Source of the DNA: Planctomycetota bacterium
GTDB taxonomy: Bacteria; Planctomycetota; PLA2; JAEUHO01
Assembly: GCA_027625315.1 (NCBI GenBank)
Contig: JAQBWE010000002.1
Coordinates: 1-37,571 of the forward strand
DNA length: 37,571 nt
Reading direction: 5' to 3'
The notes under the pieces are model-generated. The model ran no database searches, had not been told where the DNA came from, and worked only from the letters and a program-made list of their open reading frames with translations. Below, piece by piece: positions 36,034 to 37,571 of this stretch (its first letter is position 1; each line of letters starts with the position of its first letter). Both the position numbers and the translations under genes were made by a program.

Positions 36034-36741
36034 ATGCAGCCCTACCAGCGCGCGTTCGTCGACTTCCTACTCGAGGCGGAGGCCCTCCGCGTGGGCGAGT
36101 TCACCCTCAAGAGCGGTCGAGTGAGTCCCATCTTCCTCAACACGGGTCTGCTCGACACGGGCGCGCGCCTCGCTCACCTAGGTCGGGCGTACGCGGCAAC
36201 GCTGCTCGAGCGGGTCGGCGCCGGGGCCTTCGATACGGTGTTCGGGCCGGCCTACAAGGGCATTCCCCTGGGCGTAGCGACCGCGATCGCCTTGGCGGCC
36301 GAGGGCGTCGACAAGGCTTGTCTGTCGGATCGCAAGGAGGCCAAGGCCCACGGCGCAGAGGCTGCGGCGGGACAGGCGGCGAAGCGCTTGCTCGGTCGGC
36401 CGCCGGCCGTGGGCACGCGTTTCGTGATGGTGGATGACGTGCTCACAGACGGCGCCACGAAGATGGAAGCCGTCGCCTTCCTGCGCGAGTTGGATCCGGC
36501 CTGCACCTTCGCAGCGCTACTGATCGTGCTGGATCGCCAGGAGACCAAGCCTGACGGCTCCAGTGCGGTGGAGGCCTTCACCCAGGCGACGGGTGTACCC
36601 GTCTTGCCGATCGTCACGCTGACCGAGGTGGTGGACTATCTCGCGGAGCGCGGCGTGGTTGACGCGGCTGCGCTGGCCCGCTGCAGGGACTATTGGGGCC
36701 AGTACGGCACCCCCGCCGCCAAGACGTGGGCTACGTCGTAG
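36034..36741 (+). CDS. pyrE: Orotate phosphoribosyltransferase
   Basis: FTLKSGRVSPIFLNTG, GPAYKGIPL, and the PRPP-binding motif FVMVDDVLTDGATK are present. Confidence 0.9.
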   Translation: MQPYQRAFVDFLLEAEALRVGEFTLKSGRVSPIFLNTGLLDTGARLAHLGRAYAATLLERVGAGAFDTVFGPAYKGIPLGVATAIALAAEGVDKACLSDRKEAKAHGAEAAAGQAAKRLLGRPPAVGTRFVMVDDVLTDGATKMEAVAFLRELDPACTFAALLIVLDRQETKPDGSSAVEAFTQATGVPVLPIVTLTEVVDYLAERGVVDAAALARCRDYWGQYGTPAAKTWATS

Positions 36742-37212
36742 TCAGCGCGCGGGGCCCATGCGCTTGAGAAACGCCTCGAGCGTCTCGTCCGGCTCAGACA
36801 CGTAGAACTTGCCCGCACGTTCCACGCCGTACTCGATGGACGCTGGCCTCTGCCGCCAGTGGATTCGCGTGACGCCGCCCACCGCCGGTCGGCTCTCCCC
36901 GAACAGTTCGAGAGTCAGCGGCTGAGGTCGCTGCCGCCGCCAGACCCCGTCCGCGTCCGGACCCGACCACATACGGCTGACCTCGAACGGGGCGGCCGGC
37001 CCCGTCCCGCACCAATCACCCGCCCCTGCAGGCAGGCCCAACTCCTCCGCGAGGTCACGCGGCTGACCATCCGGATGCGGCGTGCCATCCGGATCCGGTG
37101 TGGCGGCGCCCACAGGGTCTCCCTGCGCGTCCTCTGGCTCGCCGCAGCCGGCCAGCGCAAGGAAGACGCAAGATAGTGTCACCCAGATGAGACGTTGCAT
37201 GCCCATCAGCAT
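36742..37212 (-). CDS. Hypothetical lipoprotein (~152-156 aa)
   Basis: The lipobox is MLMGMQRLIWVTLSCVFLALAGC, followed by a Pro/Asp/Gly-rich linker. The start is one of the ATGs at 37212, 37206 or 37200. The gene is convergent with pyrE with zero spacer. The ORF-track extension to 37569 is rejected. Confidence 0.6.
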   Translation of the reverse strand: MLMGMQRLIWVTLSCVFLALAGCGEPEDAQGDPVGAATPDPDGTPHPDGQPRDLAEELGLPAGAGDWCGTGPAAPFEVSRMWSGPDADGVWRRQRPQPLTLELFGESRPAVGGVTRIHWRQRPASIEYGVERAGKFYVSEPDETLEAFLKRMGPAR

Positions 37213-37405
37213 AACTTGCCTGTCCGGGGCTGGATTCGCGGCGCTATAGCCAAAGTGTCCGACGGCCCGTGCGGCGCAAGTGGTGCAGTGCCCCGGGTCG
37301 TCGTGACCTTCGACCCAAAACGACCGCAGTGCGGGCCCCGCCTCTGGACAGCAGCGCGTACTATGGGCGCGGGGCCCCGGCATACGGACGCAGATCGGCA
37401 GGCAG

Positions 37406-37571
37406 ATGACCATGCTCCCCCCCTGGATTCGCCGCGGCCTGGCTTGGATCCCCCACCCCTCAGGTGGCCTACTGCTGCGGTCAGCGACCGTACTCGGGCT
37501 CGCTGTCGCCCTACTCGCCGGACCGGGGACCCCTGACGCCGCCGCGCATGGCGGGCGCATCCAGCCCAAGC
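37406..37571 (+). CDS. Possible 5' end of a secreted or membrane protein gene running off the right edge
   Basis: Manual translation from ATG 37406 gives MTMLPPWIRRGLAWIPHPSGGLLLRSATVLGLAVALLAGPGTPDAAAHGG, which has a signal-peptide-like hydrophobic core. The Shine-Dalgarno sequence is weak and the fragment is short, so the call is tentative. Confidence 0.25.
   Translation, partial: MTMLPPWIRRGLAWIPHPSGGLLLRSATVLGLAVALLAGPGTPDAAAHGGRIQPK

Noticed and set aside
35847-36035. Upstream extension of the small lipoprotein ORF (the 119-aa version) and the overlapping 35611-35982 ORF.
   Set aside because: The extension overlaps the pyrE promoter and start region and has junk composition. The internal ATG at 35846 has an SD and gives a clean signal peptide.
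37213-37569. Upstream extension of the 36742-37212 lipoprotein ORF to 275 aa.
   Set aside because: The lipobox signal peptide starts at the internal Met cluster (37200-37212). The upstream part is Pro/Arg/Ala-rich with no features and probably corresponds to a divergent promoter region.

Overview
Visibly GC-rich bacterial chromosomal segment (codon third positions almost all G/C, so all six frames carry long spurious ORFs). About 34 kb of the minus strand is one co-directional translation/transcription super-cluster. In transcript order it runs: tRNA-Gly, tRNA-Thr, tuf, rpmG, tRNA-Trp, secE, nusG, rplK, rplA, rplJ, rplL, rpoB, rpoC, rpsL, rpsG, fusA, rpsJ, rplD, rplW, rplB, rpsS, rplV, rpsC, rplP, rpmC, rpsQ, rplN, rplX, rplE, rpsN (Zn type), rpsH, rplF, rplR, rpsE, rplO, secY, adk, infA, rpmJ, rpsM, rpsK, rpoA, rplQ. 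An unrecognised 284-aa gene and miaB follow, tightly coupled to the cluster. Left flank: ribD (partial, minus strand), a secreted alpha/beta-hydrolase and a small ORF (both plus strand). Right flank: a 56-aa glycine-rich lipoprotein, pyrE, and a second lipoprotein. I see no transposase, integrase, CRISPR array, toxin or defence gene, so this is core, not accessory, DNA, and I found no convincing new multi-gene system. Five local anomalies deserve a second look. (1) rplC (uL3) is absent from its near-universal slot between rpsJ and rplD; the 69-nt spacer there is a tandem triplication of the rpsJ 3' end. (2) A 414-nt non-coding, repeat-rich insert lies between rpsG and fusA. (3) Long structured spacers sit at other normally tight junctions (rplK-rplA, rpsM-rpsK, fusA-rpsJ). 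(4) The str-operon EF-G has lost the canonical domain IV loop motifs. (5) An unknown gene is wedged between rplQ and miaB. Several housekeeping proteins also carry low-complexity extensions (RpoB N-terminus, L10 C-terminus, RpoA linker). All product calls rest on my recognition of conserved motifs and synteny; no searches were run. Many ORF-track starts are over-extended, and I re-set them using Shine-Dalgarno sequences and neighbouring stop codons.
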